Shown in pieces: positions 21,101-31,631 of a stretch of DNA of 54,160 bases. The DNA lies in sequence record SRR20825019_1297; one strand, given 5' to 3'. The notes beneath the pieces are model-generated. The model was not told where the DNA came from, did no database searches, and worked only from the letters and a program-made list of their open reading frames with translations. Every line of letters starts with the position of its first letter. The first letter of the stretch is position 1. Made by a program: the position numbers and the translations under genes.

Positions 21101-23525
21101 GTACCGGACGGCCTATCCACACGCTAAAATATTGTTTCCGGGAAAAAACGATTTTACGCCCCAAAAACGGCAACGGATTTTTGGTGATATCAAGAACAAC
21201 GATTGGGACTGTGTGATACTCACGCACGACCAATTCGGAATGATACCACAATCTCCCGAAGTCCAAAAGGAAATCCTCGAAATCGAACTGGATAATGTGG
21301 AACGGAACCTCGATGCAATGCGGGCACAGGGAAATGAGGTGACAAGGGGAATGTTTGGGGGAGCCATCAAACGCAAGGAAAATCTTGAAGTCAAACTGAA
21401 AACCTTGCAACATGATATTGACAACCGTAAAGATGATGTGGTGGATTTCAAAATGATGGGCATTGACCACCTGTTTATTGACGAAAGCCACCAGTTCAAA
21501 AACCTGATGTTCAATACCCGACACGACCGTGTTGCAGGGTTAGGTAATATGGCGGGCAGCCAAAAAGCATTGAACTTATTGTTTGCTATCCGTACCATTC
21601 AGGAACGCACGGATGCGGATATGGGGGCAACCTTTCTTTCGGGAACCACGATCAGCAATTCATTAACGGAATTGTACCTGTTATTTAAGTACCTACGCCC
21701 ACGGGCATTGGAAAAACAGGGCATCAACTGTTTTGATGCGTGGGCGGCAATTTATGCAAGGAAAACGACCGATTATGAATTTTCGGTAGCCAATAACATT
21801 GTGGCAAAAGAGCGCTTCCGTTACTTTATCAAAGTACCGGAATTGGCCCAATTCTATTCCGAAATCACGGACTACCGGACGGCAAAGGATATTGGTATTG
21901 ACCGTCCCGATAAAAACGAAATACTTTATAATATACCGCCTACACCTGATCAGGAGAAATTTATCGAAAACCTGATGCAATTTGCCAAATCGGGTAATGC
22001 CACCTTATTGGGCAGGGCACCGCTGTCACAAAGCGAAGAAAAAGCCAAGATGCTCATTGCTACGGATTACGCCCGCAAGATGTCCTTGGATATGCGAATG
22101 GTCAGCGGAAAATATGAAGACCACTCTGACAACAAGGCTTCGCACTGTGCCAACAATATTGCAAAGTACTACAACAAATACACCGCACAGAAAGGTACAC
22201 AATTCGTATTCTCGGATTTGGGGACTTACAAGTCAGGCGAATGGAATGTGTACTCCGAAATTAAACGTAAACTGGTGGAAGACCACGACATTCCGGCACA
22301 CGAAGTCCGGTTTATCCAGGAAGCCAAAACGGACAGGCAACGCAAGGAACTTATAAAGGGAATGAACGAAGGCAAGATCCGTGTGCTCTTCGGTTCAACC
22401 AGTATGCTTGGTACAGGTGTGAATGCACAGAAAAAGGCCGTTGCCGTGCATCATCTGGATACCCCGTGGCGACCGAGTGACCTTGCCCAGCGTGACGGCA
22501 GGGCTATCCGCAAAGGCAATGACATTGCCAAGCATTTTGCCGAGAACAAAGTGGATGTCATCATCTATGCCGTTGAAAAATCACTGGACAGTTATAAGTT
22601 CAATCTGCTGTTCAACAAGCAGCTTTTTATTGACCAGTTAAAATCAAACAATCTTGGCAAACGAACCATTGACGAGGGCAGTATGGACGAAAAATCGGGA
22701 ATGAACTTTTCGGAATATGTGGCTATCCTGTCCGGGAATACCGACCTGTTGGATAAAGCCAAAGTAGAAAAACAGATTGCCGGTCTGGAAAGTGAAAAAC
22801 GGGCTTTTAATCGCTCCAAGTTCAGTGCCAAATACAAATTGGAGAATTTTACGGCAGAATTGGACAAAGCCCGATCCCGTTTTGACCGTATGAGCCTTGA
22901 TTGGGATAATTTACAGCAACGCATACAAAAGCGTTCAGACGGTAGAATTGCAAATCCTGTACAGTTGGGCAGTTTACCTCCCAATGCAGATGTAAAACAA
23001 ATCGGAACAAAGCTTAACCAGCTTGCGGACAAATCCCGAACAGGAGGCGATTATGAAGAAATCGGAAGTTTGTATGGGTTTCAACTCTTGGTAAAAACCG
23101 AAGTATCCGAAAAAGAGGGCGTGGATATCCGGGTAAACCGGTTTTTTGTACAGGGCGAGGGAAACATTAAATATACCTTCAACAATGGTATCATGGCAAA
23201 AGACCCCGAAACCGCTTCAATGAACTTTTTAAGGGCATTGGAAAAGCTGCCAACGTATATTAAAAAAGAACAGGAAAATATGGACGAGTTCCAAAAAGAT
23301 ATACCTATACTTCAGGAGGTCGTGGGTGGTACCTGGGCAAAGGAAAACCGATTGGGTGAACTTAAAAACGAACTGGCAGCCATCGAGCGGAAGATACAGT
23401 TATCTATAAAGCCGGAGAACGCTCCGGAACAAAAAGAACCGGGAGAAAAAAAGGAAACGGTTTCCAATAATTCAGAGGTGATGACCCATACAAAAAATAT
23501 TCATTCACCCCGTGGAGTGCTTTAA
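18102..23525 (+). CDS. N6-adenine DNA methylase / SF2 (SNF2-like) helicase fusion, DarB-like
   Basis: [19 protein letters not shown] (MTase); [30 protein letters not shown] (helicase). Confidence 0.9.
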   Translation: MGFSKRQHLQLNIDALRIAFTLEKEKRQATVGESLLMKQYSGFGGLKFVLNPIANEIDINHWRKTEHDLFPITQELHRLLKENSADEKQYKRFVDSMRSSVLTAFYTPPQVVDAISLALRDGGLKIGKFLEPSAGIGSFIQSFSENGQNVTAYEKDLLTGKILKQLYPASHIRVSGFEEIPEKEQNTFDVIASNIPFGDTSVFDLSYSRSKDPVKVQAIRGIHNYFFLKGTNMLREGGLLAFITSQGVLNSPKNEPIRRALMQDNHLVSAIRLPNNLFTDYAGTEVGSDLIILQKDTAKQSLTEAEELFCQSNRTEFDTPNNAIFQDSARIVHTDQKLDTDPYGQPALIYTHKGGVQDIAKTLKQMLSDDFGKHLDLGLYNGERNDKPVMQTPIQPTGSVPVVASESVQQEQSGFTTRTIVQNSPQEQRQLSIFDLFENTNEPIAVVASLQKITTTKRQPIKKRRTVKGRQTDLFSGAMQQPYTPSVSNGTVNRTAQSNGNKQEAIGDLFSGINGNTQTEKPNVPGTIPDPASYSGNPQPFHRNNCLVVDKGWVGHLQEVDTSNGTAVFHPLKLSPAQRARAEAYIEVRDIYNDLYQKEAEKQTEHKEEREKLKSLYDAFVKRYGNLNSADNIKLIKTDSAGKEIPYLERVVGGVIHKADIFSRPVSFSTTTLTTDNPEEALAASLNKYGNVDLGYMSQVSNMTDDALKKGLNGRIFYNPLQKEYEIAERWIAGNVVEKAQEVKTYLESYPDDTEAKESLTVLEDARPRRIGFEELDFNLGERWIPTGVYARFASHLFDTEVRIHYSDSADDFSIKCNQKNVQIWDKYAVKAESRTFDGIALLKHALVNTTPDITKKITIDDKEVKVRDMEAIQMANTKIDEIRTAFTDYLHAQNDEFKTRLTDQYNDTFNCFVRPNYDGSHQEFPGLDRKGLGIEDLYDSQKDTVWMIKLNNGAICDHEVGAGKTLVMCTAAQEMKRLGLAHKPMIIGLKSNVHEIAETYRTAYPHAKILFPGKNDFTPQKRQRIFGDIKNNDWDCVILTHDQFGMIPQSPEVQKEILEIELDNVERNLDAMRAQGNEVTRGMFGGAIKRKENLEVKLKTLQHDIDNRKDDVVDFKMMGIDHLFIDESHQFKNLMFNTRHDRVAGLGNMAGSQKALNLLFAIRTIQERTDADMGATFLSGTTISNSLTELYLLFKYLRPRALEKQGINCFDAWAAIYARKTTDYEFSVANNIVAKERFRYFIKVPELAQFYSEITDYRTAKDIGIDRPDKNEILYNIPPTPDQEKFIENLMQFAKSGNATLLGRAPLSQSEEKAKMLIATDYARKMSLDMRMVSGKYEDHSDNKASHCANNIAKYYNKYTAQKGTQFVFSDLGTYKSGEWNVYSEIKRKLVEDHDIPAHEVRFIQEAKTDRQRKELIKGMNEGKIRVLFGSTSMLGTGVNAQKKAVAVHHLDTPWRPSDLAQRDGRAIRKGNDIAKHFAENKVDVIIYAVEKSLDSYKFNLLFNKQLFIDQLKSNNLGKRTIDEGSMDEKSGMNFSEYVAILSGNTDLLDKAKVEKQIAGLESEKRAFNRSKFSAKYKLENFTAELDKARSRFDRMSLDWDNLQQRIQKRSDGRIANPVQLGSLPPNADVKQIGTKLNQLADKSRTGGDYEEIGSLYGFQLLVKTEVSEKEGVDIRVNRFFVQGEGNIKYTFNNGIMAKDPETASMNFLRALEKLPTYIKKEQENMDEFQKDIPILQEVVGGTWAKENRLGELKNELAAIERKIQLSIKPENAPEQKEPGEKKETVSNNSEVMTHTKNIHSPRGVL

Positions 23526-23670
23526 CCCTTATTATGTGCGTAAGGGATAGGAGCGGCATCCTTTTGTGGAGTATTACGAAGCAAAAGATATAGCAGATAG
23601 CCCGACCCGATTGCATTTTTGTGATGGGGATTGGGTATGGACAAGATGCAAGCGGTGGGGACGCCCAAAT

Positions 23671-24495
23671 CTATTTTTCATCTTGCTCATCCATTTTTTT
23701 GATGAGGCCATCCCGGAGCGCATCAAGGAATTTGATCCGGTTCATTTTCCGGGTTCTGAGTTCCAAATACGTTTGATAGAAATTCCCCAGATCAATATTA
23801 AAGATGCTTTCAAAATACTTGGCTATTAACCTTATATCGCTGTTGCCGAAAACACCCTGATAATGCAGTGCATAAATAAGTTCTATCATAGCGGCTTTGC
23901 TTCCCAGCCAATTCAATTTTGGTAGGTCTATAGATTTGTCTCCCTGTGCCGTGCTGGAGAGCTGATCTTCGAGATATACCTGTATCAAATCATTGGCTAT
24001 TATCTTGGCCACTTTATAATCGTGGGAAGTGGAAAACCTATGGTCGGTTTCAAAATAATAAGTATCTAAGCTCAACTTTATATCATACTTGCCTCTGACA
24101 AAATATTTCTCATCGAGGTAGGTGCTATTAGTTCTGTAATATTTATAAAATTCGAGGTTATTATCAAAATATCTTTTCAGTTTTGTCAATTCATTGTCGA
24201 TATACTTCTTTATTGCTTTCCCGTTGCCATAAGGCTTTTTGGCTTCTATCTTGTATATCGCATTGTAGTAAATCAGCTTTGCGAGGATAACAGGCTTTAA
24301 TCTTTTGAAGAAATCTATTTCTTCTTCGACACTCTTGAAGCCTCGTTCTAACACAAATTTCTTTAACTTAGACAGGCATTCTATGAGAAGTTCAACAATC
24401 TCTTGTGGTAATAGAATGGGGTTATCAAATTCTATTGTCAATTCTTGGATTTTTCCTTCCAATTTTTCTACGCATTCGTTGTAATATTTTTTCAT
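23671..24495 (-). CDS. rteC: RteC family regulator (copy 2)
   Basis: EEIDFFKRLKP, FSTSHDYKVAKIIAND, W.GSKAAMIELIYALH; clearly diverged from copy 1. Confidence 0.9.
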   Translation of the reverse strand: MKKYYNECVEKLEGKIQELTIEFDNPILLPQEIVELLIECLSKLKKFVLERGFKSVEEEIDFFKRLKPVILAKLIYYNAIYKIEAKKPYGNGKAIKKYIDNELTKLKRYFDNNLEFYKYYRTNSTYLDEKYFVRGKYDIKLSLDTYYFETDHRFSTSHDYKVAKIIANDLIQVYLEDQLSSTAQGDKSIDLPKLNWLGSKAAMIELIYALHYQGVFGNSDIRLIAKYFESIFNIDLGNFYQTYLELRTRKMNRIKFLDALRDGLIKKMDEQDEK

Positions 24496-24582
24496 GGCTT
24501 TTAGTTTAACGTTAAAATCACGAAGAGTAAAACCTCATACATTTTATCATACACATATAGCACAATGTGAAGAATTATTCTC

Positions 24583-25989
24583 TTAAAAGTTGATATTTGA
24601 ACGGTCGCTACCGTTCAAATAAGTAATGAGGGCTTGTACGGCGGTGGTTTCTAAATGTATCCTGTTGCTGCCGTATTTGTCCGATACACCCTGTTCTGTT
24701 ATGTAGGCAATCTGATACACTTTTCCTTTTTTCAAGTGTTCGCCGTTATGGAAGATTTCCTCTATGCGGTAGCCATACGGGTTTTCTACGTGAAAGTTCA
24801 TTTGAAGTCCTAAATACCGTTTACAATAACCTCCCATTTGTTTCATTGGACTGGCTGAAAATGTACGCTCAAAGTTTTCTTCAAGCATATCAATGATCTC
24901 TTGTCCTGTCATATCCACAGTAGTGATAACCGGATTCATGGGAACCATATTGTACAAATCCCAAATGGTGATAGCTCCCTTGTCAATAGGTGCACCATAC
25001 CGCCATCCGTTTGAAAATGCTATATCTACACCAGCCGCCTTACTGATTGCTTTTAAAAGCAAATCATCCATTGATGATGAAAAAGTGGAATATCGGTGTA
25101 AGAGGGTATCTGTTTTTCCGATAACCTGTTTTTGCAGGTTCCTGTATGGAATCATGATGTCATTTATCATTTGCTCTATAAGTTTATCACTGGTAACCTG
25201 CTCATTCACTTCTATAAGCTCGTATTCATGATGTACAATTTTATTGTCTGAAATGGATAGTTTCAAATGCCCGACAAAAGAGGCGTGACAACCGCATTGT
25301 ATCACTATGGTATCATTTACCTTTACAGGTTCATAAATCCTGTTATGGGTATGTGCACTTAGGCATACATCAATGCCGGAAGTTTGTTGGAGCAAATCGA
25401 GATCCTGAGGATAGCCGTTGTGCGAAAGAAGTATGACAAGACTTGCCCCTAAATTCTTTACCTCATTTATATAGTGTGTTATTTCCTTTAACCCATCCGT
25501 GACGTAAATGCCTTCTTTAAAGGTTTTGGTCATCGTCTTATCTATGATATTGGCACAGATACCAATTACTGCAATTTTTTGATTACCTACCTCAATAAAT
25601 GAATACGGTTTCAGCAATAATGTACCGTCTTCTCTGTAAACATTGATGCCCAATACCGGATATTGGAGTTGTGTGGACAAGGACAAAAGGTGTTCCGGTG
25701 AATAAGCAAAATCCCAATGCCCTACCATTGCGCTAAAACCAAACTTGTTTAAAACCGGGATTAGAACTTCTCCTTTTGAAGCTACTACTGGTAAGGTTCC
25801 GTGAAAAGTATCGCCTCCATCAAAAAATAAGGTATGCTCGCTTTCACGCCTTATCTTCTCAAAAATGGTTGCAATCTTTGCGTAACCCCCCGCTGTTTTT
25901 ATGTATTCTCCATCTTTACCGTAAAATAGTTCGGGATGAGGTTCGAGGTAACCGTGTACATCGTTTATAAAGCCTATTGATAATTCCAT
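24583..25989 (-). CDS. Metallophosphoesterase/5'-nucleotidase superfamily protein, SoxB-like
   Basis: NDVHG, DGGDTFHG, GHWDF (SoxB-type GHW rather than nucleotidase GNH), LLSHNG, AHTH, NGWRYG, QMGG; no signal peptide. Confidence 0.8.
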   Translation of the reverse strand: MELSIGFINDVHGYLEPHPELFYGKDGEYIKTAGGYAKIATIFEKIRRESEHTLFFDGGDTFHGTLPVVASKGEVLIPVLNKFGFSAMVGHWDFAYSPEHLLSLSTQLQYPVLGINVYREDGTLLLKPYSFIEVGNQKIAVIGICANIIDKTMTKTFKEGIYVTDGLKEITHYINEVKNLGASLVILLSHNGYPQDLDLLQQTSGIDVCLSAHTHNRIYEPVKVNDTIVIQCGCHASFVGHLKLSISDNKIVHHEYELIEVNEQVTSDKLIEQMINDIMIPYRNLQKQVIGKTDTLLHRYSTFSSSMDDLLLKAISKAAGVDIAFSNGWRYGAPIDKGAITIWDLYNMVPMNPVITTVDMTGQEIIDMLEENFERTFSASPMKQMGGYCKRYLGLQMNFHVENPYGYRIEEIFHNGEHLKKGKVYQIAYITEQGVSDKYGSNRIHLETTAVQALITYLNGSDRSNINF

Positions 25990-26022
25990 AATAAAAATTT
26001 TTAAGTTTAAAATTTGGTTTGC

Positions 26023-26478
26023 TTAGGGATGTACAATTGCCCAACCCTCATACTGCCTTAGTATAATTTCGCCATTACCACTCGGAACGTAATGCACAAA
26101 ATCATATAATTCTTCTTTTTCTATTTTACGTTCTTCCATTGTTTTGGAACATTGAGCGAATAAGACCCCCTGAGCTTTCAAAGCATTCAATAGCGAACCG
26201 TAATTATTAGACTTCTTATACATTTCCACACCGTCCCCAAAAGCAATAACCTCTATATGCAGCTTGCCTTCCAGCCTTTGGTCGTGCAGCACATTATTGA
26301 CATTGCGAAGCATCCCCCTTATCTTTTTATTATCGGCTTCGTTAAGAATGTAAAGAGCGTTATAAGACTTCTTATGGGCTTCGGCGGGTTTAAAGACCTC
26401 TGTTGTTTTCTGCTGGCTGAAAACATTGAGTGATGTAAGACACATAAATACTATTAGTAATGATTTTAATTTTTTCAT
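26023..26478 (-). CDS. DsrE family protein, exported
   Basis: Signal peptide; IEVIAFGDGV, GV.FAQC..TM, VPSG..EII.RQ.EGW motifs. Confidence 0.82.
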   Translation of the reverse strand: MKKLKSLLIVFMCLTSLNVFSQQKTTEVFKPAEAHKKSYNALYILNEADNKKIRGMLRNVNNVLHDQRLEGKLHIEVIAFGDGVEMYKKSNNYGSLLNALKAQGVLFAQCSKTMEERKIEKEELYDFVHYVPSGNGEIILRQYEGWAIVHP

Positions 26479-26495
26479 ATTATTTTATTTAATGT

Positions 26496-27122
26496 TCATA
26501 TTTCTTTTATCAATTCTTCTATTTGCTTCACAAACTGGTCGGAAGCATAGTTGGCAAATCCTGTACGATGAAACCTGACTTTTCCATTCTTATCAAGCAC
26601 AATCGTTGTTGGCAATGCTCCGGAGAAAATTTCATTCGGAACCTTTCCGCTGGTTTTATAAATGGGTAAGGAATATTTTTTCTTATCTAGATACTCCTTT
26701 CCAAGTGAAAGGTCGCTGTCTTCATTAAGGGGCAGAAAGAAAATATCAGCATTGTTTTTGAACTTTGAATAAAGCATATCTATGGACGGAAATTCTGCCC
26801 GACAAGGCGGACACCACGAAGCCCAAAAATTGATAAACACGACTTTGCCCCTTAATGATGCGGTATTCTGAACATTTCCTTTTTCATCCGTAAAGTCAAA
26901 ATCCATTTTTGCCTGGCTTGCGTTAGCCGTATCCTTTTTATCCATACTCGCATTAAAAAGCCCTATTGCCATTAGCTGCCGAAGCACAAATGATTTTGCA
27001 TCGGGACTGAAAAACATTATTCCTGCAAAAATGACCATTACAATGGTAAAGGCATTTTTCTTGATGTACTGCCATTTATTGGTAGGCGGTTTCTTTTTGG
27101 AAACTTCTTTATTGTTCATCAT
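26496..27122 (-). CDS. TlpA-like thiol-disulfide oxidoreductase, membrane-anchored
   Basis: N-terminal TM segment; GKVVFINFWASWCPPC; LPTT cis-Pro loop. Confidence 0.9.
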   Translation of the reverse strand: MMNNKEVSKKKPPTNKWQYIKKNAFTIVMVIFAGIMFFSPDAKSFVLRQLMAIGLFNASMDKKDTANASQAKMDFDFTDEKGNVQNTASLRGKVVFINFWASWCPPCRAEFPSIDMLYSKFKNNADIFFLPLNEDSDLSLGKEYLDKKKYSLPIYKTSGKVPNEIFSGALPTTIVLDKNGKVRFHRTGFANYASDQFVKQIEELIKEI

Positions 27123-27139
27123 AATCCTGTTTTTATCTG

Positions 27140-27718
27140 TTAGTTGCTTTCGACCAATTCATTCAGGGCTTTGATAATTTCGGGGCTTGTATAATCCCTG
27201 CCGCCCTCCATACGGGCTATCATATCTCCGCTTTTGTCCAGTATGACCGTAGTGGGAATTGCACTGCCTAAATAGTCGGACGGTATATCGCTGGTTGGAA
27301 CATACACAGGCAAATCATATTTTTTGCCCTCCATAAAAGCGGTGGATTTTTCGATGTTGTTATCTACATCTACCATCAGGAACACGATGTCGTCATTGCC
27401 TTTATACTTTTCTTTCAACTCATTAATAGTGGGCATTTCCTGAATACAGGGCGGACACCACGTAGCCCAAAAGTTGATGAATACCACCTTGCCTTTTAAG
27501 GAACTTAACGATACCGTTTTACCGCTTTTGTCCTTAAAAGAAATATCCGAAGCTGCCGGAGCAGGGGCTTCCATTGCTGCAACTTCTTCCGTCGGGGTAT
27601 TTCCGCTTTCAACCTTGTTCTCTTTGTTCTTATCCGTATTTCCACAAGCTGCCAGCGAAATAGCTGTGATAATGAAAATCCCGGAACGAACTGCCAAATT
27701 TTTAAACTGCGTTTTCAT
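27140..27718 (-). CDS. TlpA-like thiol-disulfide oxidoreductase, lipoprotein
   Basis: Lipobox LAAC; NFWATWCPPC; IPTT. Confidence 0.9.
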   Translation of the reverse strand: MKTQFKNLAVRSGIFIITAISLAACGNTDKNKENKVESGNTPTEEVAAMEAPAPAASDISFKDKSGKTVSLSSLKGKVVFINFWATWCPPCIQEMPTINELKEKYKGNDDIVFLMVDVDNNIEKSTAFMEGKKYDLPVYVPTSDIPSDYLGSAIPTTVILDKSGDMIARMEGGRDYTSPEIIKALNELVESN

Positions 27719-27746
27719 ATTCTGTGATTTTTTACTGTTTCTAATT

Positions 27747-29420
27747 CTATTTTTTATTCTTGTATCGGTCTATCGCAGATTGCAAAAAGCTGTAATAGCT
27801 TTTCGGGTCATAATCTGCTCCGATAGGGTTTACCAAAATTTCTTCGTTGGCGGGGTTTAAAAGCACATAAAAGGGTTGCGAATTGGCGTTGTATTTACTC
27901 GCCTGAAAATCACTCCATTTATTACCTATGGTGCGTATATTTTTACCACTGAACGATGATACAAATTGCTCTGCCTCCGGTAAGGCGGTCTTGTCATCTA
28001 CATAAAGCTGTATGATAACCAACTCTTCGTTCAATAGCCGGAGTACGTCTTTGTCAGACCATACCGATGCTTCCATCTTACGGCAGTTCACGCAGGCGTG
28101 TCCTGTAAAATCGAGCATCACGGGCTTGCCCGCTTTATTAGCATATTCCATTCCCTCGTCGTAATCAAAAAATACGTTCAGGTTTAACGGAGCGTGGAAT
28201 ATATCAGAATATTTATGGGCTTTGCCATCCGTTGAATAGCTTGCCTGTGTTCTGCCTAATGACGAAGTATAAAGGTCAAAATCCTGTGTAGCCTGCGGGG
28301 GTAAAAATGCTGAAATGGATTTAAGAGGTGCGCCCCATAATCCCGGAACCATATACAGGGTAAATGCAAGCACCACCATAGACAGCACCATTCTTGGCAG
28401 GCTTATATTTACTGGCGGACTGTCGCCGGGAAAGCGCAGCTTGCCCAATAAGTAAAAGCCCAAATACCCGAAAATAATAATCCACAGTGCTAAAAAGACT
28501 TCCCTGTCAAACCAATTCCAATGGTAGGCAAGGTCAACGTTGCTTAAAAATTTCAGTGCAAGAGCAAGCTCCAAAAAGCCGAGCGTAATCTTTACGCTGT
28601 TCAGCCAGCCACCCGAAGACGGCAGGCTTTTTAAAAGGCTTGGGAACATTGCAAAAAGTGTAAACGGTATTGCCAATGCAAATGCAAAGCCGAGCATCCC
28701 GATGGCTGGACCTAAAAGCTCGCCCATTGTGGCAGCTTGTACCAGCAAAGTTCCGATAATCGGACCTGTGCAGGAAAAGGACACAACGGCTAATGTTGCT
28801 GCCATAAAGAAAAGCCCCAACAAACCGCCACGGTCTGCCTTACGGTCTAATTTGTTCGCCAGCGAAGCCGGCAGCGAAAGCTCAAACGCACCGAAAAAGG
28901 AAAAGGCGAAAACCACTAAAAGAGCGAAGAAAGCAAAATTAAAAATCCCGTTTGTGGACAGGCTATTAAGTGCATCCGCACCGAAGATTACTGTAATGAG
29001 AATACCCAATAAAATGTAAATAAGTATAATAGACAACCCGTATATCATTGCCTGCATTACAGCCTTGCGTTTGGTATGCCCGTTTTTGGTAAAGAAACTT
29101 ACCGTTAAGGGCAGCATTGGGAAAATACAGGGCATCAGCAATGCTGCAAAGCCGCCAATAAAACCCGCAATAAAGATTGCCCATAAGGAACCTTTATCCG
29201 TTGTGGCTTCATTCTTTTGCAAGGTAGTCCCATTATCTTTTGTTAGCGAAGTTTCCGGCTTGGATGCTGCGATACTGTCCTGCTGAACGGGCTGCTGCTC
29301 CGTTATTTCCGTAAACTCCACATCATCATATGATACGAGGCTGTCTGTCTGCGCATTCGCAGTAACAGCCGTCAAACCACTGATGAATAGTACCGTTAAT
29401 ATTTTCGCTATTAATCTCAT
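27747..29420 (-). CDS. dsbD: DsbD/CcdA-like membrane disulfide reductase (beta + gamma domains)
   Basis: LLMPCIFPM and FSCTGP transmembrane cysteines; C-terminal thioredoxin DFTGHACVNC. Confidence 0.87.
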   Translation of the reverse strand: MRLIAKILTVLFISGLTAVTANAQTDSLVSYDDVEFTEITEQQPVQQDSIAASKPETSLTKDNGTTLQKNEATTDKGSLWAIFIAGFIGGFAALLMPCIFPMLPLTVSFFTKNGHTKRKAVMQAMIYGLSIILIYILLGILITVIFGADALNSLSTNGIFNFAFFALLVVFAFSFFGAFELSLPASLANKLDRKADRGGLLGLFFMAATLAVVSFSCTGPIIGTLLVQAATMGELLGPAIGMLGFAFALAIPFTLFAMFPSLLKSLPSSGGWLNSVKITLGFLELALALKFLSNVDLAYHWNWFDREVFLALWIIIFGYLGFYLLGKLRFPGDSPPVNISLPRMVLSMVVLAFTLYMVPGLWGAPLKSISAFLPPQATQDFDLYTSSLGRTQASYSTDGKAHKYSDIFHAPLNLNVFFDYDEGMEYANKAGKPVMLDFTGHACVNCRKMEASVWSDKDVLRLLNEELVIIQLYVDDKTALPEAEQFVSSFSGKNIRTIGNKWSDFQASKYNANSQPFYVLLNPANEEILVNPIGADYDPKSYYSFLQSAIDRYKNKK

Positions 29421-29430
29421 ATTATATCCT

Positions 29431-29877
29431 TTATTTTACAGGAATGCTGAACGCCACTTCTTCAGGCGGTAAGCATTGCTTGTCGTTACAAACCATATAG
29501 GTAAGCGTACCTTTTACCGTAGGCGAATTGCCTGTTAGTTTTACCTTTTGCTGGAACACCACTGATTTTTCATAATAGCCCACTTCCATATCGAAAGTAG
29601 GGTCGTGCTTCACGATAGGTTTAGTCGCCTGTACCTTTCCGTTCAATTGGTAGGCTTTCGACGAATGGAAAGCAAAACTTGTCGGCTGCGGACCATTTTT
29701 CGGAACCGTTTGCGAATAGATATGCCAGCCGTTGTCTATTGTTGCCTTTAAAAGCAGTACAGCTTCTTTATCGTTGATGCGTTTTGAAGCATACGACCAT
29801 TTTACAGGCTTTAGTATTTGTCCGAATGATGTGGCACTTATGAATAAGAGTGTCACAAAAAATATTATCCTCTTCAT
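29431..29877 (-). CDS. Stand-alone DsbD N-terminal (alpha) domain protein
   Basis: Signal peptide; GWHIYS and YMVCNDKQCLPP. Confidence 0.82.
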   Translation of the reverse strand: MKRIIFFVTLLFISATSFGQILKPVKWSYASKRINDKEAVLLLKATIDNGWHIYSQTVPKNGPQPTSFAFHSSKAYQLNGKVQATKPIVKHDPTFDMEVGYYEKSVVFQQKVKLTGNSPTVKGTLTYMVCNDKQCLPPEEVAFSIPVK

Positions 29878-29925
29878 TGTATTACCTTTTAAGTGTTGCT
29901 AATTATTTTTCTTATTTATTACCAA

Positions 29926-30492
29926 TTATTTTTCGTTCAATAGTTTTGTCATTAGGTCAATGACTTCCTTTGACGAATAGTCTGCGCCGCCCACCTGCCT
30001 GCCGATGATGTTGTTTTGCTTATCTACAATAATGGTGGTCGGGATAGAGCCTGTAAATAGCTCACGGGGTATGTTCCCGTCGGGAACGTGTACAGGGAGG
30101 TCAAATTTTTTATTTTTCATCCACTCTTTTGACTTTTCTATTTTCCCGTCCACATCGACCATAAGGAATACCAGATCCTTGTTATCCTTAAAGGTCTTTC
30201 GCAGTTCATTGATAGAGGGCATTTCGTGAATACACGGCGGACACCACGTTGCCCAAAGATTGATAAAGACAACCTTGCCCTTTAAGGAGTGTAACGAAAT
30301 GGTTTTCCCGTTTTCGTCCTTGAACTTTAAATCAGGCATTGATTGCGCATTTGACACTAATGGCTTTTCGCCATTAGTGTTTTGATTTATATTCATACTT
30401 CTATCAATACCATTGCTATTGATTGCTGCGTATGCCCATCCCGTAATAGCTATTAGCGGGAGTAGGGCTATTTTTTTTATGCTCAACTTCAT
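29926..30492 (-). CDS. TlpA-like thiol-disulfide oxidoreductase, exported
   Basis: Signal peptide; NLWATWCPPC; IPTT. Confidence 0.9.
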   Translation of the reverse strand: MKLSIKKIALLPLIAITGWAYAAINSNGIDRSMNINQNTNGEKPLVSNAQSMPDLKFKDENGKTISLHSLKGKVVFINLWATWCPPCIHEMPSINELRKTFKDNKDLVFLMVDVDGKIEKSKEWMKNKKFDLPVHVPDGNIPRELFTGSIPTTIIVDKQNNIIGRQVGGADYSSKEVIDLMTKLLNEK

Positions 30493-30497
30493 AATCC

Positions 30498-31610
30498 CTA
30501 TTTTTTAATTTTGCCCTCTTTGATTTCTTCCGAAGGTTTGATAATGATTTTATCGGCTGGAGAAAGGTTCCCAAAAACCTCTGTCAGTGTATCTAACCGG
30601 ATACCCTCTTTTACGGGAATGCGTTTTACTTCGTTATTGTTCAATGTTAATACATAGGTTCCCGACTGTGTATTTAATACGCTTTTGCTGTTTACCCAAT
30701 TAGATGGGTTTTTACGTTTTAATTTCAGTTTTACCTGCGCATAATCGCCGCCCTGTAATTCCCCCGATGGATTGCCTACGTCAAACTCCAATGTTAGGGA
30801 GCGGTCTTGCTGGTTGAGCAAACCTGATGTGCGTGAAAGTTTAGCATCAAATGTTTTGCCCGGCTGCGAGCTGACAGTAAATGTAGCAGGCATACCCTCG
30901 TGCACGGACGATGCGTGTTTTTCGGGTAGGGATAGAGTTAAGCGCAGCTTATTACTCTGCGCCATCATAAATAAAGGCGTATTGCTCCCCGTCCCTGCCA
31001 ATGCTCCAACAGAAACATCCCTTTGTGTAATCACCCCGTCAAACGGTGCTGTAATGCGTAAATACTGCTGCAACTGTGAAGAATGTGCCGTACCTGCTTT
31101 GGAGGCATCATAGGCAGACTTGGCACTTTCCATAGCACTTTTAGCCCTGTCCAGTTCAATGTCAGCAACCGCACCTGTGGTTTTGGAGGCATCTACTAAA
31201 CGGTCATAAGCCTGCTTTGCATAGAGATAATCACTATATACCTTTTGTTCGGTAGATTTATCGGAAAGATATTGCTGCTGCATTTCGGGGGCTTCCAGCA
31301 CCGCCAAAAGCTGACCTTTATGAACCCGGTCGCCACGGTCCACGTACAAGCGCTGTACAAATCCGCTGACCTTTGCATATACCGCTACCTGCTCATAAGG
31401 TTTCAGCTCTGCCGGAACCGATATTTCGTATTCGGGATTGATGAGCTGTACTGAAGCCGTGGGATAATTAACAGCTTTTACTTCCTGCTTCTTTTGTTTC
31501 TGTCCTTTTATTTCCGATTTATTTGAACAGGAAGCGAACACCATTGCCAGCACTGCCGTCATTGCCAGAGCTATCCGTGATTTTTTATTTATTGAAATGC
31601 TTTGATACAT
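30498..31610 (-). CDS. RND efflux periplasmic adaptor (MFP)
   Basis: Lipobox FASC; AKVSGFV..LYVDRGDRV.KGQLL and ITAPFDGVIT lipoyl halves. Confidence 0.92.
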   Translation of the reverse strand: MYQSISINKKSRIALAMTAVLAMVFASCSNKSEIKGQKQKKQEVKAVNYPTASVQLINPEYEISVPAELKPYEQVAVYAKVSGFVQRLYVDRGDRVHKGQLLAVLEAPEMQQQYLSDKSTEQKVYSDYLYAKQAYDRLVDASKTTGAVADIELDRAKSAMESAKSAYDASKAGTAHSSQLQQYLRITAPFDGVITQRDVSVGALAGTGSNTPLFMMAQSNKLRLTLSLPEKHASSVHEGMPATFTVSSQPGKTFDAKLSRTSGLLNQQDRSLTLEFDVGNPSGELQGGDYAQVKLKLKRKNPSNWVNSKSVLNTQSGTYVLTLNNNEVKRIPVKEGIRLDTLTEVFGNLSPADKIIIKPSEEIKEGKIKK

Positions 31611-31631
31611 TGTATTTGATATTTTTAAGTG

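Noticed and set aside
20379-21524. 381-aa ORF antisense to the methylase-helicase
   Set aside because: Lies wholly opposite a motif-rich gene and has no recognisable motifs; shadow ORF.
24583-30492. Complete Sox thiosulfate-oxidation pathway
   Set aside because: No soxXA, soxYZ or soxCD and no haem-binding CxxCH proteins; only a SoxB-like hydrolase without an export signal.
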